Assembly (NCBI GenBank): GCA_049515535.1
Contig: JBEKTZ010000009.1
Location: forward strand, 124,001-178,179
DNA length: 54,179 nt
Reading direction: 5' to 3'
DNA from: Candidatus Aminicenantales bacterium
Lineage (GTDB): Bacteria > Acidobacteriota > Aminicenantia > Aminicenantales > UBA4085
Shown: piece after piece, positions 27,768-36,905 of the stretch
Layout: every line of letters starts with the position of its first letter
How positions within the stretch are numbered: position 1 is the first letter of the stretch
The notes under the pieces: model-generated
What the model was told of the DNA's origin: nothing
What the model saw: the letters and a program-made list of their open reading frames with translations, nothing else
The model's database searches: none
Made by a program: the position numbers and the translations under genes

Positions 27768-29074
27768 ATGATCTTCTCCTGCCAGGACTTCACCGAATAA
27801 GTGCTCGACGCGCCGCCACCAAAAGGCGGCGTGACGCTGCCGAGCGCCTCGTCGTAATGGATGGCCGCGTAATTCGCCCCCATGATCGTGTTGGCCGTGA
27901 CGGCACCGTAAATCGTGCTGCCATTGGCCAGCGTCAGGTTGGCTTTTGGCGTGTAAATACAGGCATACGTATCCGCGCTATTGGCAAAGGTCTGGGCCCC
28001 GGTGAAGGCGTCGGTCCCGAAAATCATCAGCTTGGTCGGATCCTTCGAGAGATTGTTGATCTGGGAGCCATTATTGATGTTCAACCCTCCCCCGAAATAG
28101 AGGGTGACGGAGCAGCCGCTGTTGATTTTGAACTGGGAAGTATTGCTCAAAGTGAACGTGCCCGTGATGTAGAGCGTCACGTCCGCCGTGACCGTGACGA
28201 CGGCGCTATTGACGAGGCTAAAATTCCCGTATTGGCCGCTGGCGTTGATCGTAGTGCTTGTTCCAACCTTTGAATAATCTCCCCTGGACGTCAATCCGAC
28301 CGGGGGCGTCACCGAGGGGAGCGTTTTTGTGCTCGTGAGCGCCGTTTTTTGTCCGGTGACGCTCGAACTGTTGACAACCTGAATGGCTTGATTGGGGTCG
28401 GACTGATAGCCCGACGTGGCATCGCCGTCGACCACGGAGGAGTTGATCAAGGAAATGGCCCCATAGCCGGTCGCGTTCGTTCCCACGTCGCCGTTGTGAT
28501 GGACATTCGTTCCGCCGTAGAGCCCCAGCCGGGAATCGTAGCTGTCGATCCGGGAGTTATTCATCATCGACACGCTCGTGTTGCCGAAGATCCCGTAGTT
28601 GAAGAGCGGCGGAGAGCCGCTGCCCTGGAGAACCACCCGGAGGGTCTTCGTGACTTTGTTCGTCCCGATATGCACGACGGATCCCGTGGCTTCGATCACG
28701 GGATTGACCGTTCCGGGATTGTAAACCGTGATGGCGATATCGCCGACAACGGTCCCGTTGGAGGCCGCGAAATTCGCGATCGCCATCGTCCGCTGGGTCG
28801 ACGTGCCGCTCCACGTGCCGATATTGCCGTAGTTGATTTCCCAGATCGCCCGCTCGATGCCGGCCTCGGCCAAATATTGCGCGGCCAGGGAATTATACGA
28901 CTTCTCGGCCGTCCGGTACCGGTTGGCGAATTTGGTCACGAACGGAACGGCGATGATCAGCATGAAGACGGACACGAGAAGGGCGATGGCCAGGACCGAG
29001 CCGCGTTCGCGTCCGGTTCGGCGGCGGCCAAAGGCTCGAGGCAAATTCATGGTTGATCTCCCGAATCGTTTCAT
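27764..29074 (-). CDS. PilX-like minor pilin with a beta-helix-like C-terminal domain (paralog 1)
   Basis: RERG|SVLA, YLAEAGIERA, IDSYDSRLG, HYDEALG, VKSWQEK; clearly paralogous to 23169..24437. Confidence 0.82.
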   Translation of the reverse strand: MKRFGRSTMNLPRAFGRRRTGRERGSVLAIALLVSVFMLIIAVPFVTKFANRYRTAEKSYNSLAAQYLAEAGIERAIWEINYGNIGTWSGTSTQRTMAIANFAASNGTVVGDIAITVYNPGTVNPVIEATGSVVHIGTNKVTKTLRVVLQGSGSPPLFNYGIFGNTSVSMMNNSRIDSYDSRLGLYGGTNVHHNGDVGTNATGYGAISLINSSVVDGDATSGYQSDPNQAIQVVNSSSVTGQKTALTSTKTLPSVTPPVGLTSRGDYSKVGTSTTINASGQYGNFSLVNSAVVTVTADVTLYITGTFTLSNTSQFKINSGCSVTLYFGGGLNINNGSQINNLSKDPTKLMIFGTDAFTGAQTFANSADTYACIYTPKANLTLANGSTIYGAVTANTIMGANYAAIHYDEALGSVTPPFGGGASSTYSVKSWQEKII

Positions 29075-29676
29075 TTGTTGCGCAGCTTGAATTTCGAATT
29101 CAGGGTTCCCTGAAAAGATCTCTGGAATCCCTTGTGATTCGCGGTCAAGGTCGCCCTGACGCTGGCGGCCGTATTGAAGTTGGAGCTCAGCGTGGCGTCC
29201 GAGGCGTCATAAAAGGCAAGGACCAGTCCGGTCACGTCCGTGGCCAAATACCGGCTGCCGTCCACTCTCGCGCTCCCCGTGCCCGCGTCGACGATCCTCT
29301 GGAGCTTGAGGCTCGACAGTTGATAAATCACGTAATCGAACTTGGACGCTACGTCGATGATCAAGCCGTTGGCGTCGACGGAAGGAATTTGGAGGACCAG
29401 CGTGCTCGCGGATGTCGTATAGGTCAGCCAGCTGGTGGCCACTTGGGTGGCGGACTTGACGTCGCGGGCGAGCCAGGCCATGGGATAGCGGCTGGATTCC
29501 AGGATATCGGCCTGGATATTTTCGTTCATGAACTGCGTCTGCCCCTTCGAATAGAGCGAAAGGAGGCCCATGACCATGATGGACATGATCAACAGGCCGA
29601 TCAGCATTTCGAGCAGGGTAAAGCCGCGGGATCTTGTCGGTCCTATCTTCCACGGCCGCTCGGATCTATTCATCAT
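29071..29676 (-). CDS. Minor pilin (PilW-like)
   Basis: RG|FTLLEMLI N-methylation motif, LARDVK, C-terminal KLRN. Confidence 0.85.
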   Translation of the reverse strand: MMNRSERPWKIGPTRSRGFTLLEMLIGLLIMSIMVMGLLSLYSKGQTQFMNENIQADILESSRYPMAWLARDVKSATQVATSWLTYTTSASTLVLQIPSVDANGLIIDVASKFDYVIYQLSSLKLQRIVDAGTGSARVDGSRYLATDVTGLVLAFYDASDATLSSNFNTAASVRATLTANHKGFQRSFQGTLNSKFKLRNK

Positions 29677-29685
29677 CGCTATCCT

Positions 29686-30093
29686 TTATTTTTTATCGAC
29701 GCCCAGTCTCGTAATCATGGTCACGACGTCTTTCCGCTGGCTCTGTCCCCGGTAGGTCCAGGTGACGCTGACGGTGAGCTTCTTGATGTCGGTTCCCGCG
29801 CTCGTTTCGACCGCCTGAAGACCTTGCCCGGAAACGAGGCTCGCCAGCTTGTCGTTGGTGAACGTGGTTCCCAGGGTTAGGATAGTGGCGAAGGTCATGT
29901 TGCGGATCACCTCCACCTGTTCCTGGCAGATCTGTGTCGCCAGGGCGATCTGTCTCGTGCGGGAGAGGACGTTGTAGCCATAGATGAAAACGCTGATCAG
30001 CGTCATGAGCATGATCCCCAGGATCGCCATGGCCACGAGGACCTCGATCAGGGAAAATCCGCCTTCCTTTTTTCTTTTACGGCTCATGTCCAT
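29686..30093 (-). CDS. Minor pilin (PilV-like)
   Basis: GG|FSLIEVLVAM, VSVTW. Confidence 0.85.
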   Translation of the reverse strand: MDMSRKRKKEGGFSLIEVLVAMAILGIMLMTLISVFIYGYNVLSRTRQIALATQICQEQVEVIRNMTFATILTLGTTFTNDKLASLVSGQGLQAVETSAGTDIKKLTVSVTWTYRGQSQRKDVVTMITRLGVDKK

Positions 30094-30263
30094 CTCTATC
30101 CTTGCGTGGTTGACGATATTGGTCCCGCGCGTATCTCAATGTAGACCCCAAGGAGAGACCCGTCAATCACCCCTTAAGGTGAATCGGCAGGTGATTTTAG
30201 GAGTTTTCCGGTCAGCTTTCCCCCCATTGAATTTGCCTCTCGAATATGGTACTGATTTAACTT

Positions 30264-32081
30264 ATGTTACAGGAAAGAAAGAACGCCTGGGCGGCGCTTT
30301 CCCTCATTTCGCTCGTTTTCCTCGGTTTTTCCCTCTTCGTCAACCTGCCCGTCCTGCACCAGGGCTTCCTCTTCGCCGACCAGGCCGTTTATTACGCCAT
30401 GGCCCAAAGCATCGCCTTCGACCATGACCTGGAATGGTCCAAGAAGGATCTCATCCGCTACAAAGAGGATTTCAACGCGGGACCGATGGGAATCTTCCTG
30501 ACGAAGGTCAAAACCGGCGACGGCGAGAAGATTTATTACGCCAAGAGTTTCGCTTATCCGCTATTCGCCGCCCCCTTTGTCCGCGTCTTCGGGCCCAACG
30601 GGCCGCTCGTCCTCCATGCCGTCCTTCTCTTTTTGCTCCTGCTTATGGGATTCTCGTATTTCTCTCTGGCCAACAGCCCGGGCCTATCGCTCGTCCGCGT
30701 CGCCACGTTCCTCTTCGCCTCCGTGGCCGGCGTCTATTTCCTCTGGATCTCGCCCGAATTCTTCAATCTTTTTCTCGTGTTCGCGGCGCTTTTCCTATGG
30801 CTCTATAAGGTCCGATACAACGAACAAGGAGCGGCGGCGCCCGCCGTCAAGAGCAGGCTGCAGCGGTTCCTCCTATCCGGATGGTCGGATTACCTGGCCG
30901 CTTTCGTCGTCGGTATCGCCGCTTATTCCAAGCCGCCGAACGTGGCCGTCCTCGGACCGATCCTTCTCTGGACCCTGCTCAAGAAGAAATACCGGCGGTC
31001 CGCCGGAATCGTCCTCGGCTTCGCCCTGAGCTTCGGATTGCTGTTCGGAGCGACCTATCTCCTGACCACGAACTGGAACTATCAGGGAGGCGAGCGCAAG
31101 AGCTTCTATTACAATTATCCCTATGAAAAAGCGAATGTCACCTTCGAATCCGCTCCCGGCCAGGCGATGACCGCGGACGGATATGTCGAGCGTTCCCTGC
31201 GTCCCCTGAAGTTCGTCTTCACCAATATTTTCTATTATTTCTTCGGCCGCTTCACCGGCATCACCTGGTATTTTTTTCCGGCCATTCTGCTTCTCGTCCT
31301 TTTCTTCATCGGCCATAAAAGTCTCGACCGCTGGCTCATCCTGGCCGCTCTGGCCGGCGAGATCCTGATCTACATCGTCATGATGCCGGTCAATTACGGA
31401 GGAGGAGGCGGGTCGCTGGCCAATCGCTATTTTCTCAATATCTACCCTCTCTTTCTCTTCCTCCCGGGCTTGAAGATCAAGAACAAGGAGATTCTGGCGG
31501 CCTGGGCCGTGGCCGCGATTTTCATAGGCCAGATCCTGATCTCGCCCTTTCAGGCTTCGGCTCACCCCTCGACGCACGCCAAAAGGCTGCCCTTCACGCT
31601 CCTGCCCGTCGAAATGACGCTCATTACCGAGCTTCCGACGAATACGAATCCCTGGGCGTTTCGCCAGCCATGGGGACAGCCCCCCTATGAAGACCGTTTC
31701 CTTTATTTTTTGAACGACAATTTCAACGAAAAGCATTCGACGGAAAACGGCTGGTGGACGCTCGGCGACCGGAAGACGGATTTCGTCCTCCGGACTTTTT
31801 TCCCGGTCAAGGAAGTCGTCATCCATCTTCTCAGCAATCCCCGGCGCTCGAACACGATCACGGCGACCGTCGAGGGGAAAACCAAAAAAGCGACGCTCGG
31901 CGCCAATGAAAAAGCCGATCTTCATTTTCCGGTCGGCAACGGCTTCCAGGACGTGCGGGTCCATTGTTACCGGCTAAAGATCAAAGCGGAGAAAGGCTCC
32001 ACCCCCTTCTATGAGAGCGAGGCCGCCAAGGAAACGCGCTGGCTCGGCGTCTTCTTCGAGCTCGAGGTCATCGCCAAGTAG
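30264..32081 (+). CDS. Polytopic membrane protein, possible GT-C-fold glycosyltransferase
   Basis: About 11 TM segments, ADQAVYY in the first loop, SKPPN, GGGSLANRYF, soluble C-terminal domain. Confidence 0.6.
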   Translation: MLQERKNAWAALSLISLVFLGFSLFVNLPVLHQGFLFADQAVYYAMAQSIAFDHDLEWSKKDLIRYKEDFNAGPMGIFLTKVKTGDGEKIYYAKSFAYPLFAAPFVRVFGPNGPLVLHAVLLFLLLLMGFSYFSLANSPGLSLVRVATFLFASVAGVYFLWISPEFFNLFLVFAALFLWLYKVRYNEQGAAAPAVKSRLQRFLLSGWSDYLAAFVVGIAAYSKPPNVAVLGPILLWTLLKKKYRRSAGIVLGFALSFGLLFGATYLLTTNWNYQGGERKSFYYNYPYEKANVTFESAPGQAMTADGYVERSLRPLKFVFTNIFYYFFGRFTGITWYFFPAILLLVLFFIGHKSLDRWLILAALAGEILIYIVMMPVNYGGGGGSLANRYFLNIYPLFLFLPGLKIKNKEILAAWAVAAIFIGQILISPFQASAHPSTHAKRLPFTLLPVEMTLITELPTNTNPWAFRQPWGQPPYEDRFLYFLNDNFNEKHSTENGWWTLGDRKTDFVLRTFFPVKEVVIHLLSNPRRSNTITATVEGKTKKATLGANEKADLHFPVGNGFQDVRVHCYRLKIKAEKGSTPFYESEAAKETRWLGVFFELEVIAK

Positions 32082-32084
32082 CCC

Positions 32085-33986
32085 ATGTGCGGCATCTGCG
32101 GAATCGCCGTGACCTCGGACGGTCCCCGCATTTCCTCCGAAATCCTGACGGGGATGTGCCGCCAGCTCGTCCACCGCGGGCCGGACGACGAAGGTTTCTA
32201 CGTCGATGACGCTGTCGGCCTCGGGAACCGCCGGCTCAGCATCATCGACGTCGAGGGCGGGCACCAGCCTCTCTCCAACGAGGACGGCTTGATTTGGATC
32301 GCTTACAACGGCGAAGCCTATAATTTTTCCGAAATCCGGGACGAGCTCATCGGCCGCGGCCACGCCTTCAAAACGCGATCCGACACCGAGACGATGGTCC
32401 ACGCCTATGAAGAATGGGGTCCGGCGTTCGTCCAGCGATTCCGGGGGATGTTCGCCTTCGCCCTCTGGGACAAAAAGAAGCGGCGACTTCTCCTTGTCCG
32501 GGACCGGGTCGGCATCAAGCCTCTCTACTACACACGGCTCGCGGACGGCACCCTTGTCTTCGGGTCCGAGCTCAAGGCCATCCTGGCCTATCCGGCCGTG
32601 AAACGGGACATCGACCCGAACGCCCTCGATCTGTTTTTGACCCTGGAGTATGTTCCCGCTCCCTATTCGATCTTTAAAAATATCTTCAAGCTGCCGGCCG
32701 GCTGCTTCCTGACCTATGACGACGGCCGGATCGCCGTCGAAAAGTACTGGGATATCGAGCCGGGCCGGCCTGAGGACGAATCGGCGCGGAAAAGATCCCT
32801 TCCGTCCCTCATGGACGAGCTCTACGCGCTTCTCAAAGAATCCGTGAAGCTCCGCCTGATCAGCGATGTGCCGTTGGGCGCCTTCCTGAGCGGCGGCATC
32901 GATTCTTCGACCGTCGTCGGTCTGATGCGGGAACTCGGCGCCTCCCCGCTCCGGACGTTTTCGATCGGCTTCAAGGACGCGTCCTACGACGAGCTCGCCC
33001 ACGCCCGCCGGATCGCCAAACTGTTCGACACCGCCCACGAGGAACTCATCATCGAACCCCGGGCCCTCGAGCTCACGGAAAAACTCGTCCGTCATCTCGA
33101 CGAGCCGCTGGGCGATTTTTCGATCTTCCCGACCTTTCTCGTTTCCCAAATGGCCAGGGCCCACGTCAAGGTCGCCTTGTCCGGGGACGGCGGGGACGAG
33201 ATCTTCGCCGGCTACGAGCATTATCAAGCGCAGCGGATCTCCCGATTTCCCCTGGTCGGGGCCGGGGCTAGAGCCGCCGGTCACGTGACGAGCCGGCTCC
33301 GTCCGGGCGAGCGCAAAAAGGGACCCTGGAACAAGCTCCGGCGGTTCACGCAAGCCTTTGATAATGAAAAAGATCTCCGGCACATGCGCTGGATGATGTT
33401 CTTGTCCGAACGGGCCAAGGACGGTCTTTACACGGAGGCCTTGAAACGGCAATTGGGAGGAATCGAGAGCCTCCGGGAGCGCGCGCCGTTCGATCGGATT
33501 TTCGACCGGCTCGATGGCTTCGACCGGACGACGGGAGAGCTTTATCTCGACCTCAAGACCTATCTCGTCGACGACATCATGGTCAAAGTGGACCGGATGA
33601 GCATGGCCACGTCGCTCGAGGCCCGCGAGCCGCTCCTGGATCACAAACTCATCGAATTCGCCTTCCGGCTGCCGGGAAAACTCAAGCTCCACGGCCTGAC
33701 GACGAAGTGGATCTTCAAAAAGACCGTGGAACGCCTCCTCCCGAAAGAAAACATCTACCGCCGCAAGGAAGGCTTCAGCATCCCCATCAAGCACTGGCTG
33801 CGGGTGGAGCTCAGGGATCTCATGGAGAATTATCTGAGCGAAAAGCGGATCGCCGAAGGAGGGCTGTTCCAATACGCCCCCATCCGCGAAATGATGGACG
33901 GCCACATCCGCGGCCGGGAGAACTACAGCCATCAACTCTGGGCGCTCATGATTTTCGAAATCTGGCGGGAAAAGTATCTGAAATAA
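32085..33986 (+). CDS. asnB: Asparagine synthase (glutamine-hydrolysing) family amidotransferase
   Basis: MCGICG, HRGPDD, RRLSIID, NGE, LSGGIDSS, SGDGGDE, KVDRMSMA. Confidence 0.95.
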   Translation: MCGICGIAVTSDGPRISSEILTGMCRQLVHRGPDDEGFYVDDAVGLGNRRLSIIDVEGGHQPLSNEDGLIWIAYNGEAYNFSEIRDELIGRGHAFKTRSDTETMVHAYEEWGPAFVQRFRGMFAFALWDKKKRRLLLVRDRVGIKPLYYTRLADGTLVFGSELKAILAYPAVKRDIDPNALDLFLTLEYVPAPYSIFKNIFKLPAGCFLTYDDGRIAVEKYWDIEPGRPEDESARKRSLPSLMDELYALLKESVKLRLISDVPLGAFLSGGIDSSTVVGLMRELGASPLRTFSIGFKDASYDELAHARRIAKLFDTAHEELIIEPRALELTEKLVRHLDEPLGDFSIFPTFLVSQMARAHVKVALSGDGGDEIFAGYEHYQAQRISRFPLVGAGARAAGHVTSRLRPGERKKGPWNKLRRFTQAFDNEKDLRHMRWMMFLSERAKDGLYTEALKRQLGGIESLRERAPFDRIFDRLDGFDRTTGELYLDLKTYLVDDIMVKVDRMSMATSLEAREPLLDHKLIEFAFRLPGKLKLHGLTTKWIFKKTVERLLPKENIYRRKEGFSIPIKHWLRVELRDLMENYLSEKRIAEGGLFQYAPIREMMDGHIRGRENYSHQLWALMIFEIWREKYLK

Positions 33987-33996
33987 AGCGGGAGGA

Positions 33997-34024
33997 GATC
34001 GCTTTCCCCCGGAAAAAAGCGATC
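33997..34024. terminator. Hairpin between the convergent asnB and tilS genes
   Basis: GATCGCTTT...AAAGCGATC; no clear U-tract. Confidence 0.4.
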
Positions 34025-35408
34025 ACTCTTCGATTTTCTTCAGGCGAAAAATTTTTCTCGTCAGCGCCGTGACCTTGAAATCCTCGGCCACCGGCAACCC
34101 GGGGGCCCAGACGATCTTTCCGCGCGAGCAAAAAACCGGAAGCCGGTTCCGTTCGGCAAGAGGGATTCTTTTCGCCCGCAGAATTTCCTTCAGCTTTTTC
34201 CGGCCCGGCGCTCCCAAAGGCCGATAGCGGTCCCCTTCCTTGCGCGAGCGCACGAGAAGAGGAAAGCGGAGTTTTTCGGCATCGCAGTGGCAGCTCTTTT
34301 CATCGTCAAAAGCGATCCTCGCCCCGGACGTTTTCTTCATCCTCTCGCCCGCAAAGGCCATTCCCGCTCCCGGAATGCGAAGAGGATGCCGGCCGTTCCA
34401 AGATAACGCATAAGCGTTTTTCGCAGCCGTCCCGGCTGTCCTGGAGATGAATTCCTTCTCCCGGCGCAGGCGGAGCTTGCCCGGCAGCGTCAATTCCCGC
34501 CCTTCGACGAGACGCAAAACCGATTCGATATCCTCGAAGGAGATCCGCCTCAAGTCGCCTTTCATTTCTTCGATGAAGGCTCGGACGGCGCGCCGGCTCA
34601 AGCCCTTGGGGAGATGGGCGAGCCGGCGGGCGTCCAGGGAGACGCGCCGGCCGTTCCGGTCGATCAGACGGGCATATTCTCTCCGCGTCATCTCGTCGAA
34701 GACGGCCTCCTCTTCCTGGAGAATCCCGGCCAGGCGGCCGAGCCTCGGGACGACGCGCGGCTCATAATTTCTCTCCAGATAGGGGATCAATTCCAGGCGG
34801 ATCTTGTTCCGGAGGAAGCGTTTGTCGGCGTTGCTTTCGTCCGTCTGGAAGACCAGCCTCTTCCGCCGGCAATAGGATTCGATGTCTTTTCTGGGGATTT
34901 CCAGGAGCGGCCTTATGATTTTCGGGCCGACAACGGGAAAGATCCCGGACAGCCCGCGGGGCCCGCTGCCCCGCAGCAGCCGGATGAGGAACGTCTCCGC
35001 CTGGTCGTTGAGATTGTGGCCGGTCGCGATCTTCGTCGCCCCGGCCCGGGCCGCCGCCTTTTCGAGAAAATCATATCGGAGGATCCTCGCGGCCTCTTCG
35101 AGATTGAGCTTATGGGAGCGAGCGTAAGCTTTGACGTATCGCTTCTTGACGATCAGGGTCAGGCCCGAGCGGCGGGCCGTCGCGCGGACGCAGCGCTCAT
35201 CTTCGTCCGCCGCCGGGCGAAGCCGATGATTGAAATGGGCCAGGACGAGATCGAACGGGGTCTCGCTCCGCAGTTCGATGAGCAGGTGGAGAAGGGCCGT
35301 CGAGTCGGCCCCCCCCGAATATGCCACGAGCACGCGGTCGCCGGGAACGATCATCCGGAAACGGGCGACCGATTTTTGGAATTGGGTGAAAATTTCCCCG
35401 GCCATCAT
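34023..35408 (-). CDS. tilS: tRNA(Ile)-lysidine synthetase
   Basis: AYSGGADS, HFNHRLR, EEAARILRY, GHNLNDQAET, RPLL, RNKIR, C-terminal TilS domain. Confidence 0.96.
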   Translation of the reverse strand: MMAGEIFTQFQKSVARFRMIVPGDRVLVAYSGGADSTALLHLLIELRSETPFDLVLAHFNHRLRPAADEDERCVRATARRSGLTLIVKKRYVKAYARSHKLNLEEAARILRYDFLEKAAARAGATKIATGHNLNDQAETFLIRLLRGSGPRGLSGIFPVVGPKIIRPLLEIPRKDIESYCRRKRLVFQTDESNADKRFLRNKIRLELIPYLERNYEPRVVPRLGRLAGILQEEEAVFDEMTRREYARLIDRNGRRVSLDARRLAHLPKGLSRRAVRAFIEEMKGDLRRISFEDIESVLRLVEGRELTLPGKLRLRREKEFISRTAGTAAKNAYALSWNGRHPLRIPGAGMAFAGERMKKTSGARIAFDDEKSCHCDAEKLRFPLLVRSRKEGDRYRPLGAPGRKKLKEILRAKRIPLAERNRLPVFCSRGKIVWAPGLPVAEDFKVTALTRKIFRLKKIEE

Positions 35409-35487
35409 GAACTCTTACGATCGTTATTCTATCACAGGTCCGGAAGGGAATGCCCGGAACCGTCGCTTTCCGAAAGAGTGGAAATAA

Positions 35488-35561
35488 TGGCGGCGCAGGG
35501 ATTTGAACCCCGGACTCTACGGATATGAGCCGTATGCTCTGACCAACTGAGCTACGCCGCC
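35488..35561 (-). tRNA. tRNA-Met (CAT), elongator type; CCA not encoded
   Basis: GGCGGCGTAGCTCAGTTGGTCAGAGCATACGG-CTCATAT-CCGTAGAGTCCGGGGTTCAAATCCCTGCGCCGCCA folds as a cloverleaf with G1-C72 paired. Confidence 0.93.
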
Positions 35562-35572
35562 AAGGTGCTAAG

Positions 35573-35601
35573 ATTTTAGAAGAATCGCTCCGCCAAGTCA
35601 A
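35573..35601 (-). promoter_or_regulatory. Sigma70 promoter of the tRNA
   Basis: TTGACT-17 bp-TAAAAT, 11 nt before the tRNA 5' end. Confidence 0.78.
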
Positions 35602-35646
35602 TTTTGAGGGGGAACCCGCTTCGCGTTTCCCCCTTCCAACGGGCAC
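35598..35646 (-). repeat. Repeat family B, copy 2
   Basis: TCAATTTTGAGGGGGAACCCGCTTCGCGTTTCCCCCTTCCAACGGGCAC on the plus strand; 6 nt from family A copy 5. Confidence 0.92.
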
Positions 35647-35652
35647 CGGGAA

Positions 35653-35720
35653 GTCAAGGGACGAGCCTTCGCGGCGGAAGTGGACCCCCGGGCAAAGCCC
35701 GGGGCCCCGGCCGCTATGGA
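35653..35720 (+). repeat. Repeat family A, copy 5
   Basis: GTCAAGGGACGAGCC...CCCCGGGCAAAGCCCGGGGCCCCGGCCGCTATGGA. Confidence 0.95.
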
Positions 35721-35761
35721 GCCAGCTCTTCGATTTTGATAGAATGCGATTGGGTTCTCTT

Positions 35762-36856
35762 ATGACCAGCCGCGAAGTTCTCACCGCCATCATCCGGGAC
35801 AAGGACTGTCCCGGGCGGATGGGCGTCCACGAATGGTTCTGGCAGGACACGCAGCGCGCCTGGGAAGATCAGGGGCTGCCGCGCGGCGTCGACATCTTCG
35901 ACCACTTCGATCTCGACGTCCGCGAGATCCAGGGCTCGTTTTTCAGGACGGCGGGCATCCCCGTGGACGACCAAATCATCGAAGAGGACGGAGAGACCGT
36001 CATCAAGCTCAACGGCTGGGGAGCCCGGCACCGGGAATGGAAAGACAAGCCGGGCGCGCCGGGCCATATTTCCTTCGATCTCGTGAGCGAGGACGTGTGG
36101 AAAGCGAAATACCGGGACAACCTTCTCGGCCTCGATCCGAGGCGCTTTCCCGACTGGGCTGGGCTCAAAAAAAGCTACGCGGAGCTTATGGCTTCAAACC
36201 GGTTCTGCGTCTATCACCAAATGCTTCTTTTCGAGATCATGCGCCGGGCCATGGGCGATGTCGTCTTTCTCGAGGCCATGGTTTTGAATCCGGGCTGGAT
36301 CCATGATTTCTGCGACGTCATGACGGACGCCGTCATCCGTCATTGGGATTACATGATCCGCGAAGTGGGAAAACCCGACGGCGTCTGGACCTACGACGAC
36401 ATGGGCTACACGCAGGCGCCGTTCGTCTCGCCGGCGCACTACCGGGAGTTCCTCCTGCCCTATCACAAGCGGATTACGGGTTTCCTTCACGACCACGGAC
36501 TTCCCGTGGTGCTCCATTCCTGCGGCAGGATCCGGCCGCTCCTGCCCCATATCGCGGAGGCGGGCTTCGACGCCCTCCACTCCATGGAAGCCAAGGCGGG
36601 CCAGCACGTCGTGGAGATGGCCGAAGCGGCGGGAAACGCAGGGAAAAAAATGGCCTTCATCGGCAATCTGGACATCCGCGCCTTTGAATCGAACGATCCA
36701 AAAATCCTGGGCGAGGAGATCGTCCCGAAACTCGAGGCGGTCAGGACCAAACACATTCCGTATGTTTTCTTCTCCGACCACTCGATCCCGAAATCGGTGA
36801 ATCTGCGGACGTATGAATACGCTCTTGACCTGTTTCGAAAATACGGCCGATACTGA
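35762..36856 (+). CDS. Uroporphyrinogen decarboxylase (URO-D/MtaA-like) family protein
   Basis: MTSRE start, YDDMG, SPAHYREFLLPYHK, LHSCG, GNLD, SDHSIP. Confidence 0.85.
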   Translation: MTSREVLTAIIRDKDCPGRMGVHEWFWQDTQRAWEDQGLPRGVDIFDHFDLDVREIQGSFFRTAGIPVDDQIIEEDGETVIKLNGWGARHREWKDKPGAPGHISFDLVSEDVWKAKYRDNLLGLDPRRFPDWAGLKKSYAELMASNRFCVYHQMLLFEIMRRAMGDVVFLEAMVLNPGWIHDFCDVMTDAVIRHWDYMIREVGKPDGVWTYDDMGYTQAPFVSPAHYREFLLPYHKRITGFLHDHGLPVVLHSCGRIRPLLPHIAEAGFDALHSMEAKAGQHVVEMAEAAGNAGKKMAFIGNLDIRAFESNDPKILGEEIVPKLEAVRTKHIPYVFFSDHSIPKSVNLRTYEYALDLFRKYGRY

Positions 36857-36905
36857 CGTAATCGAGACGAGCGACTTTCCCTTCGCTCGCAAAAAAACTC
36901 TTGCT

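Noticed and set aside
31974..33935. 653-aa minus-strand ORF
   Set aside because: Antisense shadow of asnB.
35488..35561. tRNA as an island integration site
   Set aside because: No integrase and no duplicated tRNA 3' end seen in the window.
36868..36898. Hairpin between the convergent URO-D-like and OmpA genes as a terminator
   Set aside because: No U-tract follows the stem on either strand.
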